This document shows, piece by piece, positions 51,876-62,752 of a stretch of 64,000 nt of DNA. The stretch is from an uncultured delta proteobacterium (GTDB lineage: Bacteria > Desulfobacterota > Syntrophia > Syntrophales > UBA2185). The stretch spans positions 1,329,039-1,393,038 of the forward strand of contig OY970063.1 of the NCBI GenBank assembly GCA_963705275.1, written 5' to 3'. Numbering within the stretch: the first letter of the stretch is position 1; every line of letters starts with the position of its first letter. A program made the translations under genes and the position numbers. The notes under the pieces are model-generated. The model made no database searches. It saw only the letters and a program-made list of their open reading frames with translations, and was not told where the DNA came from.

Positions 51876-54005
51876 ATGGAACTGTCAAAGTTTTCAGTCG
51901 GCAACGAAGGAAGAGAGGTTTTCTGGAATGCTGAGAATTTTGAGGGACTCCTTTTTGCCTTTACTGCTATCGCCATGGCCATTTTTGCCTACGGTATTTA
52001 CAGAAGGTGGCAGATGTGGACCGCCCTCGGCAAACCGGAAATCAGAAAAGACCAGATGACGGAGCGAGTTAAACTTCTTCTGAAAAACGGCCTGTTTCAG
52101 ATTAAGACCTTCAGGGACGCCTATCCGGGAATTATGCATGGATTAATATTTTTCGGATTCATCGGACTGATATTCGGCGCTGCCTTTGATGCGACAGAAT
52201 TTCATGTGGGTGAACCGTATGGTTTCCCCTTCCTGATAGGAAAATTCTATCTTATATTTTCTTTCCTGATGGAGGTATTGGGTTTATTCGTTCTCGCCGG
52301 GGTATTTATGGCACTGAACAGACGATACGTCACCAAGCCCGATCGTCTCGGTTATAAAGACAAGCCGGATAACACGCCTGATGATGCAATCGTACTTCTT
52401 CTTCTGGGCGGCATCATTCTTACGGGATTTGTGATCGAGGCATTGAGGCTCCACGTCACCAATCCGCCATGGGAAGTCTGGTCGTTCGCCGGCTATACCT
52501 TGGCAAAGGCTTTCACCGGCGTTGACGACAATACCGCGAGAATCCTTCACAAGGTGATGTGGTGGACTCATACCTTTATGGCTTTAGGCTTTATCGCCTA
52601 CATCCCCTATTCACGGCTGGTGCATATGATTACCACCCCTGCCAATCACTTCATGGCGTCTCTGAAACCAGTGGGCAACATTGAACCGATACGCGATTTT
52701 GAAACAGCGGAATCCTTCGGCGCAGGGCAACTCGAGGATTTCACCTGGAAGCAGATATTCGATTCCGACGCCTGCACCCGCTGCGGACGATGCCAGGATG
52801 GTTGCCCGGCTTATCTGTCGGGAAAAGCCCTTTCGCCAAAGAAGGTGGTGCAGGATCTAAAAACCTACTGGCTTGAGCGGGCCCCACTGGTAGTGGCGAC
52901 GAAAAAGGCCGCCGGCAAAGCTGGGGAAGGCACGGCACCGGAAATACCGGCGCCGCAAAAGGCGATGGTGGGAGAGGTTATCGATCTTCATGAATTGTGG
53001 GCCTGCACAAACTGCATGTATTGTATGGAGCACTGTTCATCGTCCATTGAACATGTTCCCAAAATCGTCAACATGAGGCAGTACAAGGTTCTGACGGAAG
53101 CAGATTTTGCCCCCGAACTCCAGTTAACCTACAGAAATATGGAAAACAACTCGAATCCTTGGGGCATCGGTTCCCATCTCAGGTCCGACTGGGCAAAGGA
53201 TTTGGGCGTCAAGACCATGGCTGAAGATCCAAATGTGGAGTATCTATTCTATGTCGGGTGCTCCGGATCCTTCGATGACAGGGGAAAGAAGGTATCTGTG
53301 GCCTTTGCGAAGATCCTCCAGACAGCGGGGGTCAGTTTCAGTATTCTCGGCACTGAAGAGGGATGCTGCGGCGATTCAGCCATGAGGGGAGGGAATGAAT
53401 ATCTCTCTCAGACTTTGATGCAAACGAATATTGAGATCATGAATGGCTATGGCGTCAAGAAAATCATCTGCACGTGTCCTCACGGGTATAATACGCTGAA
53501 GAAGGATTATCCCCACTTCGGCGGCAACTATGAAGTATATCATCATACTGAGATCATCGCTAATCTGATTGCAGCAGAAAAGATCACCATGAAAAAACCC
53601 ATGGACGGTCTGTTCACTTATCACGACTCATGCTTCCTAGGCAGATACAATAACATCTATGATCAGCCAAGAAAGATTCTCGCCGCCATCCCCGGCATGA
53701 AGTTTACAGAAATGGATCGTAAACTTGACAAGAGCTTCTGTTGCGGCGCGGGCGGGGCGAGAATGTGGATGGAAGAGCATGACGGTGAGAGGATCAATAA
53801 TATGAGAACCGACCAGGCTATTGACGTGAATGCAACTAATATTGCCGTCGCATGCCCGTTCTGCCTGACCATGCTAACCGATGGTATCAAGACAAGAGAA
53901 AAGGAAGAAAAAATGACTTCCCTGGACATTGCCGAAGTCGTCTGGCGGGCAATGGGCCTGGAAGAGGAGAAACCGCCGGCAGATGTGTGTGCACCGACCG
54001 AATAG
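51876..54005 (+). CDS. Membrane-bound Fe-S oxidoreductase (N-terminal multi-TM domain + 2x[4Fe-4S] + two CCG/HdrD-like domains), putative ETF:menaquinone oxidoreductase
   Basis: 709 aa. About 6 TM helices with conserved His occupy residues 1-250. It also has CTRCGRCQDGCP, CTNCMYCMEHC and CCG motifs (EGCCGDS; SFCCGAGG). It lies directly downstream of etfBA. Confidence 0.75.
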   Translation: MELSKFSVGNEGREVFWNAENFEGLLFAFTAIAMAIFAYGIYRRWQMWTALGKPEIRKDQMTERVKLLLKNGLFQIKTFRDAYPGIMHGLIFFGFIGLIFGAAFDATEFHVGEPYGFPFLIGKFYLIFSFLMEVLGLFVLAGVFMALNRRYVTKPDRLGYKDKPDNTPDDAIVLLLLGGIILTGFVIEALRLHVTNPPWEVWSFAGYTLAKAFTGVDDNTARILHKVMWWTHTFMALGFIAYIPYSRLVHMITTPANHFMASLKPVGNIEPIRDFETAESFGAGQLEDFTWKQIFDSDACTRCGRCQDGCPAYLSGKALSPKKVVQDLKTYWLERAPLVVATKKAAGKAGEGTAPEIPAPQKAMVGEVIDLHELWACTNCMYCMEHCSSSIEHVPKIVNMRQYKVLTEADFAPELQLTYRNMENNSNPWGIGSHLRSDWAKDLGVKTMAEDPNVEYLFYVGCSGSFDDRGKKVSVAFAKILQTAGVSFSILGTEEGCCGDSAMRGGNEYLSQTLMQTNIEIMNGYGVKKIICTCPHGYNTLKKDYPHFGGNYEVYHHTEIIANLIAAEKITMKKPMDGLFTYHDSCFLGRYNNIYDQPRKILAAIPGMKFTEMDRKLDKSFCCGAGGARMWMEEHDGERINNMRTDQAIDVNATNIAVACPFCLTMLTDGIKTREKEEKMTSLDIAEVVWRAMGLEEEKPPADVCAPTE

Positions 54006-54036
54006 TTTATTTGAAGAGAGACTATAGCTCTTTTGG

Positions 54037-54071
54037 AAAGCCCCATTGCGTAAAGAATGGGGCTTTTTTAT
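54037..54071 (+). terminator. Rho-independent terminator after the Fe-S oxidoreductase gene
   Basis: Stem agccccatt (54039-54047) pairs with aatggggct (54056-54064) and is followed by TTTTTT. Confidence 0.75.
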
Positions 54072-54087
54072 TACCATGTCATTGGAG

Positions 54088-54116
54088 TTGTATTTAAACA
54101 GCATTTGATGTAGAAT
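54088..54116 (+). promoter_or_regulatory. Candidate sigma-70 promoter for the acyl-CoA ligase gene
   Basis: TTGTAT (54088-54093), 17 nt, then TAGAAT (54111-54116) with TG at the extended -10 position. This is pattern match only. Confidence 0.3.
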
Positions 54117-54263
54117 CGGTGTCGCTCGCAATGCAATACTTGGGATCTTTGCAGTAAACGCCGGAGAATGTTTGATCCTTAAGGAATAGTACCGTTGAGC
54201 ATTCGCTCGCTTCCGAATTCATTCATGACTTAACAAGTAAACACTAAGCAAGAAAAGGGGGGC

Positions 54264-55967
54264 ATGCATATGGCTGAAAAGATCAGGTACCAGGACAAAC
54301 CATGGCTGAAGTTCTATGAAAAGGGAGTACCGGAAACAATCAGTTACCAAGAGATATGTATGCCGGACATCTTAGACAGGACGGCGAAAGAGTTCGCCGA
54401 CAAGACAGCTATCGTCTTTCAAGGATACAAACTCACATACCGTCAACTTAAAGAGCTGGTAGACAGATTTGCAACATGCCTTGCCGATTTCGGTATAAAA
54501 CAAGGCGATGCGGTAGCGATTCTTCTGCCGAATCTAATACCATGTGTCGTGGCATATTTTTCCATATTGAAGATCGGTGCTGTTGCGGTAATGAATAACC
54601 CGCTCTATACGGACCGCGAGCTCGAGCATCAATTCAATGACTCCGGCGCTAAAGCCCTGATTACACTTGACCTGCTGGCGAACCGGATGATCGAGCTCCG
54701 GCCCAAAACAAAGGTAAAGCAGATCGTATACACTTCTATAGGTGATTATCTGCCATTTCCCAAAAGCCTTCTTTTCCCGCTCGTCGCGAAAAAGAAAAAA
54801 CTTGCCGCAGATGTCAAACAGGCGCCGGACGTGTTTAAATGGAAAGAATGCATCGCCAAGTACCGCCAAAATCCGCCAGCCGTCAGGCTGGGTTTTGAAG
54901 ATGTGGCCATGTACCAGTACACGGGCGGAACGACAGGGGTATCCAAGGGTGTAATGCTCACCCATGCCAACCTGAGCAAACAGGTTCAGCAGTTGGAGGC
55001 CTGGTTTCCTCAATTTGAGAAGGGAACGCAGATTATGCTAGGAGCGCTGCCTTACTTCCACGTCTTCGGGTTATCTGCGGCAATGAATTTTGCTGTCTCC
55101 GTCGGCTGGGCTCAGGTGTTGGTCCCCCGGCCCCAGCCTGAGCCGCTGCTCGAGGCAATCAGAGAATTCAGGCCCACCTTCGTAGCGCTTGTACCGACCA
55201 TGTATATAGGAATGCTCAATCACCCTGCCCTGAAAAAAACAGACATGAGCTGCATAAAGGGGGCATTTTCCGGAAGCGCTCCCCTGCCCGTCGAAGTGAT
55301 CCATAATTTCGAGAAAATGACAGGGGCTGTAATTGTTGAGGGGTTCGGCTTGACGGAAACTACGCCGGTGACCCACATCAACCCTTTCGGCGGTGTACGC
55401 AAGGTCGGCAGCATTGGTGTGCCCATCTCAGATACCGAATGCCGTATTGTCAGCCTTGATGATGGCGTCACAGACATGCCGGTGGGAGAACCGGGAGAGC
55501 TGATCATAAAGGGGCCGCAGGTAATGAAAGGCTACAAAGGCATGCCCGACGAGACGGCAAATACACTTCGGAATGGCTGGTGTTATACAGGAGACATCGC
55601 CACAATTGATCAGGATGGGTACTTTTATATCGTGGATCGAAAGAAAGATATGATTATATCAGGCGGATTTAATGTCTATCCAAGAGACATTGATGAGGTA
55701 TTCTACGAACACCCCAAGGTACAGGAGGCATGCTCTATCGGAATTCCCGATCCCAAGAGAGGGGAAAATGTCAAGGTGTTCGTAGTCCTCAGGGAAGGCC
55801 AGACAGCCACCCAGGAAGAATTCATAGAATACTGCAAGACGAAGCTTGCAACTTACAAATGTCCCACAGAGATTGAGGTTCGCAAAGAGTTGCCCAAGAC
55901 GAATGTGGGGAAGATCCTTCGCAAGCAGCTGAGAGTAGAGGAACTGGAAAAACGAAAAAGTAAATAA
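54264..55967 (+). CDS. fadD: Long-chain-fatty-acid--CoA ligase (FadD-like)
   Basis: 567 aa with the AMP-binding motifs YTGGTTGVSKGV, GFGLTETTPV, YTGDIATIDQDGYFYIVDRKKDMII and PKTNVGKILRKQL. ATG 54270 has better RBS spacing than 54264. Confidence 0.8.
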   Translation: MHMAEKIRYQDKPWLKFYEKGVPETISYQEICMPDILDRTAKEFADKTAIVFQGYKLTYRQLKELVDRFATCLADFGIKQGDAVAILLPNLIPCVVAYFSILKIGAVAVMNNPLYTDRELEHQFNDSGAKALITLDLLANRMIELRPKTKVKQIVYTSIGDYLPFPKSLLFPLVAKKKKLAADVKQAPDVFKWKECIAKYRQNPPAVRLGFEDVAMYQYTGGTTGVSKGVMLTHANLSKQVQQLEAWFPQFEKGTQIMLGALPYFHVFGLSAAMNFAVSVGWAQVLVPRPQPEPLLEAIREFRPTFVALVPTMYIGMLNHPALKKTDMSCIKGAFSGSAPLPVEVIHNFEKMTGAVIVEGFGLTETTPVTHINPFGGVRKVGSIGVPISDTECRIVSLDDGVTDMPVGEPGELIIKGPQVMKGYKGMPDETANTLRNGWCYTGDIATIDQDGYFYIVDRKKDMIISGGFNVYPRDIDEVFYEHPKVQEACSIGIPDPKRGENVKVFVVLREGQTATQEEFIEYCKTKLATYKCPTEIEVRKELPKTNVGKILRKQLRVEELEKRKSK

Positions 55968-55982
55968 TACCGTTGAGAACGG

Positions 55983-56019
55983 GCGAAAGGGGTCCTTGGT
56001 AACTCGGAACCCCTTTCGC
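55983..56019. terminator. Bidirectional terminator hairpin between fadD and apgM
   Basis: An 11-bp stem pairs gcgaaaggggt (55983-55993) with acccctttcgc (56009-56019). A T-rich tract follows on the + strand. Confidence 0.5.
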
Positions 56020-56031
56020 TGTTGTATTATT

Positions 56032-57240
56032 CTATGCGCCGAATTTCTCCAGTCTCCCCGCATGGGCCAGCGCAAGCCCCATTAGATGGACCATCGGCAT
56101 TCTCCCCAACCCGCCCGAGATGCAGTTCCTCTCACCAAATTGATTGACCCGATCCGGCCGAGCGGTTGCTGAATACAGGAGTACCGGCAAAGGATGCCAA
56201 CTGTGGGAGGCAAGAGCCGCCGGTGTAGAGTGGTCACCGGTGATAACCAAGACATCAGGCTTGAGATCCGTGACCATGGGGACCAGGGAGTCCACCTCTT
56301 CGATTACCTTCACCTTGGCATCGAAATTGCCATCTTCGCCCCGCGAATCAGTTGCCTTCACGTGAACAAAGAAGAAGTCATACTTTCCGTAGTTTTCCCG
56401 GAGGGCCATGATTTCCCCTTTGATGGAATCGGGCTGAGGGCCAATGATCATGCCGAGAAGCCGCGCTATACCACGGTACATAGGATAGGTGGCAATAGCC
56501 AAGGCATTGAGACCAAACCGTTCGCTTAAGTACGGAAACCTTCTATACGTGGAATAGCCGCGGAGGAGGAGCATATTCGCTTTCTCTTCGTCAGAAAGCG
56601 CTTCCCTTGCCTTACCTACAAGATTCCGAAGAATATCAGATGTCTCTTCCGCTTCCGGGACGAGCGCTTTCGGCGTCAGGGCCGGGAGCCCCGTCTTCTG
56701 CGGGTCCGTCTCCTGAATCTCTTCCCGGAGACGATCCCTTCTCAGGGCCAAAAGGGCACGGTGTTCTCGGACCGGTTCAAAGATGACCTCAACATCCGAT
56801 ATTTTCCGGATTTTGTCCTGCAGTTTCTTGCAGATTCTCTTATTGGTCTCGTTGTCGATCCGGCCGGCCCGTCGATCGATGATAACACCATCCTTGTCGA
56901 TCGTGGCAAAGTTGATCCTTATGAGGAGATCCCGCTCGGTCATGGGAAAGTCGATTCCGGCTGCCTCCAATATCCCCCGTCCGATATTGTTCTTGATCGG
57001 ATCGTAACCAAAGAGGGCGAAGTGGGCCGGCCCGCTGCCTGGCGTGATCCCATATCCAACAGGATCCAAAAGCCCGCATACGGATTTCTCTGCGAGGGCA
57101 TCCATATTGGGTGTCCTCGCCGCCTCCAACTCCGTTTGATCCCCATGTCCCATAGGCAGGCCACCGAGCCCGTCCATGATGAGAAAAATAATCTTCGTGC
57201 TATTTTTTACAACAAGGCTGTCAATGAATTCCGGATCCAT
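56032..57240 (-). CDS. apgM: Cofactor-independent phosphoglycerate mutase, archaeal type (ApgM family)
   Basis: 402 aa of the alkaline-phosphatase superfamily, with IIFLIMDGLGG at the N-terminus and VLVITGDHSTP near the C-terminus. Size and motifs fit ApgM rather than GpmI. Confidence 0.7.
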   Translation of the reverse strand: MDPEFIDSLVVKNSTKIIFLIMDGLGGLPMGHGDQTELEAARTPNMDALAEKSVCGLLDPVGYGITPGSGPAHFALFGYDPIKNNIGRGILEAAGIDFPMTERDLLIRINFATIDKDGVIIDRRAGRIDNETNKRICKKLQDKIRKISDVEVIFEPVREHRALLALRRDRLREEIQETDPQKTGLPALTPKALVPEAEETSDILRNLVGKAREALSDEEKANMLLLRGYSTYRRFPYLSERFGLNALAIATYPMYRGIARLLGMIIGPQPDSIKGEIMALRENYGKYDFFFVHVKATDSRGEDGNFDAKVKVIEEVDSLVPMVTDLKPDVLVITGDHSTPAALASHSWHPLPVLLYSATARPDRVNQFGERNCISGGLGRMPMVHLMGLALAHAGRLEKFGA

Positions 57241-57247
57241 AAGCGCT

Positions 57248-58540
57248 CTATGCCCTTTCGAGGACTATCGCCATGCCCTGCCCGCCTCCTATACAAAGTG
57301 TAGCCAGGCCAAGATTAAGATTTTTCTTCTTCATCTGCATGGCAAGGGTATAAGTGATCCTCGCACCCGTACAACCAATGGGATGGCCGATGGAAATACC
57401 GCTGCCGTTGATATTGCACTTGTCCATATCAATCTTCAGCTCTCTGATGCAGGCCAAGGCCTGGACCGCAAAGGCTTCATTTAGTTCAATCAGATCGATG
57501 TCTTTCATGGTCAATCCGAGTTTCTTGAAAACCTTCCGCGTCGCCGGGATTGGACCAAGTCCCATGTAAGCCGGGTCAACACCACCCGCGGCAAATCCTT
57601 TGATCTTCGCCAGCGGTTTCAGGCCCAGCTCCTTCGCTTTATCCGCGCCCATTACAACTACAGCAGCCGCACCATCGTTAACGCCTGATGAGTTCCCGGC
57701 TGTGACAGTTCCTCCGTCCCTCTTGAAAGCGGGCGCCAGTTTGGCCATCTTCTCCATTGATGTATCCATAGGGCGTTCATCCACCTTAAATATAGTGGGA
57801 TCGCCTTTTTTCTGAGGGATTACAACAGGGACAATCTCCTCGGCATATGTACCGTTGGCTATAGCAACTCTTGCCCTTTGATGACTAATCAAGGCAATTT
57901 CATCCTGCTCCCGCCTAGTAATCCCATATTTTGCCGCGATATTTTCCGCCGTAAATCCCATGTGATAACTGTTGAATATCTCATAAAGACCGTCATACAC
58001 CATTACATCCGTAATCTTGCCGAACGGCATACTCATGCGGTATCCCCAACGGGCATCCGGAAGGACGAACGGTGCATTGCTCATATTTTCCATGCCGCCC
58101 GCAACGATTGCATCCGCGTCACCCGAACTGATAATTTGTGAAGCGAGGGTTATCGCCTTCATGCCGGAAGCACACACCTTATTTATGGTAAACGCATTGG
58201 TCTCTTCCGGTAGGCCTGCATATATGCTCGCCTGCCTTGCCGGATTCTGTCCGAGGGCCGCCTGGAGCACATTTCCCATAATGCATTCGTCGAAATAGAC
58301 AGGTTTCAATGCACGGTCATAATCGTAATACTTCTTGTTGATATCCGTCATGTCAAATTCGCCGAAGACATCAGGACGGGCGGATTTAACAGAATCACTG
58401 ATGACAGGTCGCAATCCGGCTCTCTTGACGGCCTCTTTGATAACCAGCGAACCCAGGTCAACAGTCCTTACTCCATTGAGGGCGCATCCAAAACTACCAA
58501 CAGCAGTTCTCGCACCACTCACTATAACAACTTCTCTCAT
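57248..58540 (-). CDS. Acetyl-CoA C-acetyltransferase (thiolase) with N-terminal-domain insertion
   Basis: 430 aa with the active-site Cys in [22 protein letters not shown] and the C-terminal CIGGGQGMA. An extra segment of about 35 aa ([34 protein letters not shown]) is present relative to the roughly 392-aa thiolases I recall. Confidence 0.85.
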   Translation of the reverse strand: MREVVIVSGARTAVGSFGCALNGVRTVDLGSLVIKEAVKRAGLRPVISDSVKSARPDVFGEFDMTDINKKYYDYDRALKPVYFDECIMGNVLQAALGQNPARQASIYAGLPEETNAFTINKVCASGMKAITLASQIISSGDADAIVAGGMENMSNAPFVLPDARWGYRMSMPFGKITDVMVYDGLYEIFNSYHMGFTAENIAAKYGITRREQDEIALISHQRARVAIANGTYAEEIVPVVIPQKKGDPTIFKVDERPMDTSMEKMAKLAPAFKRDGGTVTAGNSSGVNDGAAAVVVMGADKAKELGLKPLAKIKGFAAGGVDPAYMGLGPIPATRKVFKKLGLTMKDIDLIELNEAFAVQALACIRELKIDMDKCNINGSGISIGHPIGCTGARITYTLAMQMKKKNLNLGLATLCIGGGQGMAIVLERA

Positions 58541-58615
58541 ACCTAGTAACCTCCTTGCGTTAAAGTATCTTGAATTTTATTTTCTTCAAAAAGTCAGATT
58601 ATTTCTTGCTGATCC

Positions 58616-60094
58616 CTATGAAACACTTGGCATGTCAATGGATTCAACAAATTCTATTGCTCGCGGCACCTTGTAAGATGACAGATAATTTCTGCAATGC
58701 CGCGTAAGTTCCTTTTCGCTTACCGGTATATCCGACCTCTTTACAATAAGGGCCTTGACAATTTCTCCTCTCATGAAATCAGACTTCGCCACTACCATTG
58801 ATGCCTGGACAGCAGGATGAAGTTCCAGAACCATCTCGACCTCGCGGGGATAGACATTGAATCCACTGGTTATAATCATACGTTTCTTTCGTCCCGTAAG
58901 AAAAATGTAGCCATCCTCATCGATTTTGGCAAGATCACTCGTATAGAGCCATCCGTCCCTGATGACTTGCGCCGTCGCCTCCTCATTCTTATAGTAACCT
59001 TTCATCACATTGACACCCCTGATGACAAGTTCTCCGATTTCACCGCGAGGGATCTCGTTCCCCTGATCGTCAACGGCCTTCGCTTCGACACCGGGGATGA
59101 CGGTTCCTATCGATCCCGGCTTGTGTGCCTTATCCCGCATGCCTACGGAACATACGGGAGAGGCCTCTGTAAGCCCGTAGCCTTCCCTCAATATGCACTT
59201 AAACTTATCTTCAAACATGGGGATGAAATCAGGGGGCATCGTCGATCCCCCGGTGATGCAGAAGTCTAAAGAGCTGATATCATATTTGTCGGTATCGGGA
59301 TACATAACCATACCTAGAAAAAGCCTGGGGACGGCTGCGATATAGGTCACCTTATCTTTTTCTATGGAGCCGAAAATGGCTTCCATCGTGAAACGATCCA
59401 TCAATACGATGCCTGCGCCTATCCGGATGGCTCCTAGCATATTAACGACGGCCCCGAACGCATGGAAGAGGGGAATGATGGCGAGGCTGCGATCCTTCTC
59501 GGTCGTATGATATAGATCTGTAACAAGGTTGGACTGCGTCCAAAGATTCCTGTGGGTCAGGACCGCGCCAAGGGGCCTGCCAGTGAGGCCGGCGGTATAG
59601 ATCATCACGGCCGGATCCTCATCAGCAATATCGGGCATTTTGAGGGTAAACGGCCCTTTCTCGATTGTCTCTCTGAATTGAGAAGCGGTGTCAAGGCCAC
59701 TGGTAGTAATGATATGATTGCAGAGCGGGATATCTTCTCTGATTTCTTCGTACCTTTTCGCCAGTGGCGTTTCGGTGATCAGGCATTTCGCATCACTGTT
59801 TCCTATGAGATGGCGAAGCTCATAGGACGTTGACAAAATATTTACTGTAACGGCGACAGCGCCCAGTTTCTGGACAGCGAAATAAGATATCACGAACTCC
59901 GGACAGTTGGGGAGCATGATGGCGACCTTATCCCCTTTTTGTATACCCAGGCCTCTCAATTCATTTCCCAGGGAGTTCACTGCGCTGTGGAGGGCCTCAT
60001 AGGTCAAGGATTTTCCGTCATAGAGAATAGCAGCATTATTTGGATAACGATGGGAGCTTTCCTCAAGCATTCTTCCCAGATTCATAGCAAGCAT
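58616..60094 (-). CDS. AMP-dependent acyl-CoA synthetase/ligase (substrate unknown)
   Basis: 492 aa with an AMP-binding motif variant (YTAGLTGRPLGA), EGYGLTEASPV, YTSDLAKIDEDGYIFLTGRKKRMII and SSYKVPRAIEF. Confidence 0.8.
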   Translation of the reverse strand: MLAMNLGRMLEESSHRYPNNAAILYDGKSLTYEALHSAVNSLGNELRGLGIQKGDKVAIMLPNCPEFVISYFAVQKLGAVAVTVNILSTSYELRHLIGNSDAKCLITETPLAKRYEEIREDIPLCNHIITTSGLDTASQFRETIEKGPFTLKMPDIADEDPAVMIYTAGLTGRPLGAVLTHRNLWTQSNLVTDLYHTTEKDRSLAIIPLFHAFGAVVNMLGAIRIGAGIVLMDRFTMEAIFGSIEKDKVTYIAAVPRLFLGMVMYPDTDKYDISSLDFCITGGSTMPPDFIPMFEDKFKCILREGYGLTEASPVCSVGMRDKAHKPGSIGTVIPGVEAKAVDDQGNEIPRGEIGELVIRGVNVMKGYYKNEEATAQVIRDGWLYTSDLAKIDEDGYIFLTGRKKRMIITSGFNVYPREVEMVLELHPAVQASMVVAKSDFMRGEIVKALIVKRSDIPVSEKELTRHCRNYLSSYKVPRAIEFVESIDMPSVS

Positions 60095-60238
60095 TACCTC
60101 GGGCCATTTTTCGCCTTCTTAGCATATATCGGTACTTTTATTCAAGCAGAACTATAGTTATGGAGACTCATTTCCCCTTGATGGGAAGACCCTTTTAACT
60201 TATAATCGGACCTCAAGGTTGTTTATTTTCTGAATGAC

Positions 60239-60778
60239 TTGGAGGAGATCATGAAGAATCTTATAATGGGTGTTCTTCTGGTGCTGTTATGGAGCACATT
60301 TGCAGTCGCTGCGGACTTGAAGGTGGGGGAAAAGGCTCTCGATTTCAGACTGAGGGACTCACTGGGTAAGGAATACACTTTAAATTCGCCTGAATTAAAA
60401 GGCAGGGTTTTGTACTTCAATTATTCAGACCCTAGCTCAAAAGACATGAATAAACACGTTGATGATGCCCTCAAAAACGATCCCGGGTTGGACCGGAAGA
60501 AGAGCTATATCGGATTAGGCATTGCCAATATGAAGGCTAGCCTACTGCCTGATTTTGCAATTGCACGGGTAGTAAAAAGCAAGCAGCAGGAGACTGGCGC
60601 CACTATTCTTCTCGATGACAACTACATCATCCTGAACAGTTGGGGACTGAAAAACAAGGTATCGAACGTTGTTGTCCTGGATAAGGAGAGAATCTGCCGA
60701 TATATCTATAAAGGAAAACTCCCCGCAGATGAGGTTGAAAAGCTGATTAACAAGATTAAAGAATATCAGATAAAATAA
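60239..60778 (+). CDS. YtfJ-family periplasmic protein (thioredoxin-like fold, no CxxC)
   Basis: It has a signal peptide (MKNLIMGVLLVLLWSTFAVA/AD, likely start ATG 60251). The C-terminus SNVVVLDKERICRYIYKGKLPADEVEKLINKIKEY resembles E. coli YtfJ (SAVVVLDKDGRVQWAKDGALTPEEVQQVMDLL) as I recall it. Confidence 0.5.
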   Translation: MEEIMKNLIMGVLLVLLWSTFAVAADLKVGEKALDFRLRDSLGKEYTLNSPELKGRVLYFNYSDPSSKDMNKHVDDALKNDPGLDRKKSYIGLGIANMKASLLPDFAIARVVKSKQQETGATILLDDNYIILNSWGLKNKVSNVVVLDKERICRYIYKGKLPADEVEKLINKIKEYQIK

Positions 60779-60826
60779 AAATGCTGTCTTATCGGTATTC
60801 GTTGCTGCATGAAGGATTATTGAACG

Positions 60827-61681
60827 ATGGCTGTGATTATTGATGGCAAGAAGATTGCCCAGGAAATAATCGATGAGGTGAAGGCGCAAGCTCAGCACCT
60901 GAAGGAAAAGGCAGGCGTAACTCCCGGACTCGCTGTCCTCCTTGTCGGCAATGACCCGGCCTCCAGTATCTATATCAGACACAAGGAGAACGCGTGCAAG
61001 AGAGCGGCATTCTTCTCGCGTGAATTTAAACTTTCACAGGACACAAGTGAGAAGGATATCCTTGCTATCATCGGCAAGCTTAACCATGATGAGAAAATCC
61101 ACGGCATCTTAGTACAGCTGCCACTTCCAAGTCACATTAACCCGACAACGATAATCGAGGCGATTGATCCCAGGAAAGACGTCGACGGATTCCATCCTTA
61201 CAATCTAGGCAGGCTCTTTACCGGAAATCCGTACCATATGGCCTGCACACCCAAGGGCATACTCGAACTTCTGGATCGCAGCTCAATCTCCATAGAAGGA
61301 AGGAGGGCCGTCATCGTTGGGAGAAGCAATATCGTGGGAAAGCCAGTTACCCTCATGCTCCTCAACAGACATGCTACTGTTACTGTTTGCCACACTAAGA
61401 CGCAGCAATTGCCGCTTCTGACAAGGCAAGCCGAGATTCTTATTGCGGCTGCAGGAAGGCCGGAAATGATAAGGGCCGATATGGTCAGTAATGGCGCTGT
61501 GATAATCGACGTGGGTATAAACAGAATGGATGACGGTCGGCTGGTGGGAGATGTGGCATTTTCCGAGGTGTCTGAAAAAGCATCCTTCATCACGCCTGTA
61601 CCCGGCGGTGTGGGACCCATGACGATTGCCATGCTGCTCGTCAATACCCTCAATGCAGCCTCCGGCAAGATGCCGAAGTAA
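60827..61681 (+). CDS. folD: Bifunctional methylenetetrahydrofolate dehydrogenase/methenyl-THF cyclohydrolase
   Basis: Motifs IIDGKKIAQEI, PGLAVLLVGNDPASSIYIRHK, HGILVQLPLP, VIVGRSNIVGKPV and PVPGGVGPMTIAML. Confidence 0.92.
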   Translation: MAVIIDGKKIAQEIIDEVKAQAQHLKEKAGVTPGLAVLLVGNDPASSIYIRHKENACKRAAFFSREFKLSQDTSEKDILAIIGKLNHDEKIHGILVQLPLPSHINPTTIIEAIDPRKDVDGFHPYNLGRLFTGNPYHMACTPKGILELLDRSSISIEGRRAVIVGRSNIVGKPVTLMLLNRHATVTVCHTKTQQLPLLTRQAEILIAAAGRPEMIRADMVSNGAVIIDVGINRMDDGRLVGDVAFSEVSEKASFITPVPGGVGPMTIAMLLVNTLNAASGKMPK

Positions 61682-61685
61682 AAAT

Positions 61686-61718
61686 AAAACCCCCTCACAT
61701 TTTCAGGGAGGGGGTTTT
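61686..61718. terminator. Bidirectional terminator between folD and mdh
   Basis: An 11-bp stem pairs aaaaccccctc (61686-61696) with gagggggtttt (61708-61718). A/T runs lie on both flanks. Confidence 0.7.
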
Positions 61719-61738
61719 AACTGCACGTAAGCCTGTAC

Positions 61739-62695
<957 letters not shown>

Positions 62696-62752
62696 CTATT
62701 TTTCAAATATAATAAAACGAATTTATTAGCATCGCTGCCCGATGAAATACTG

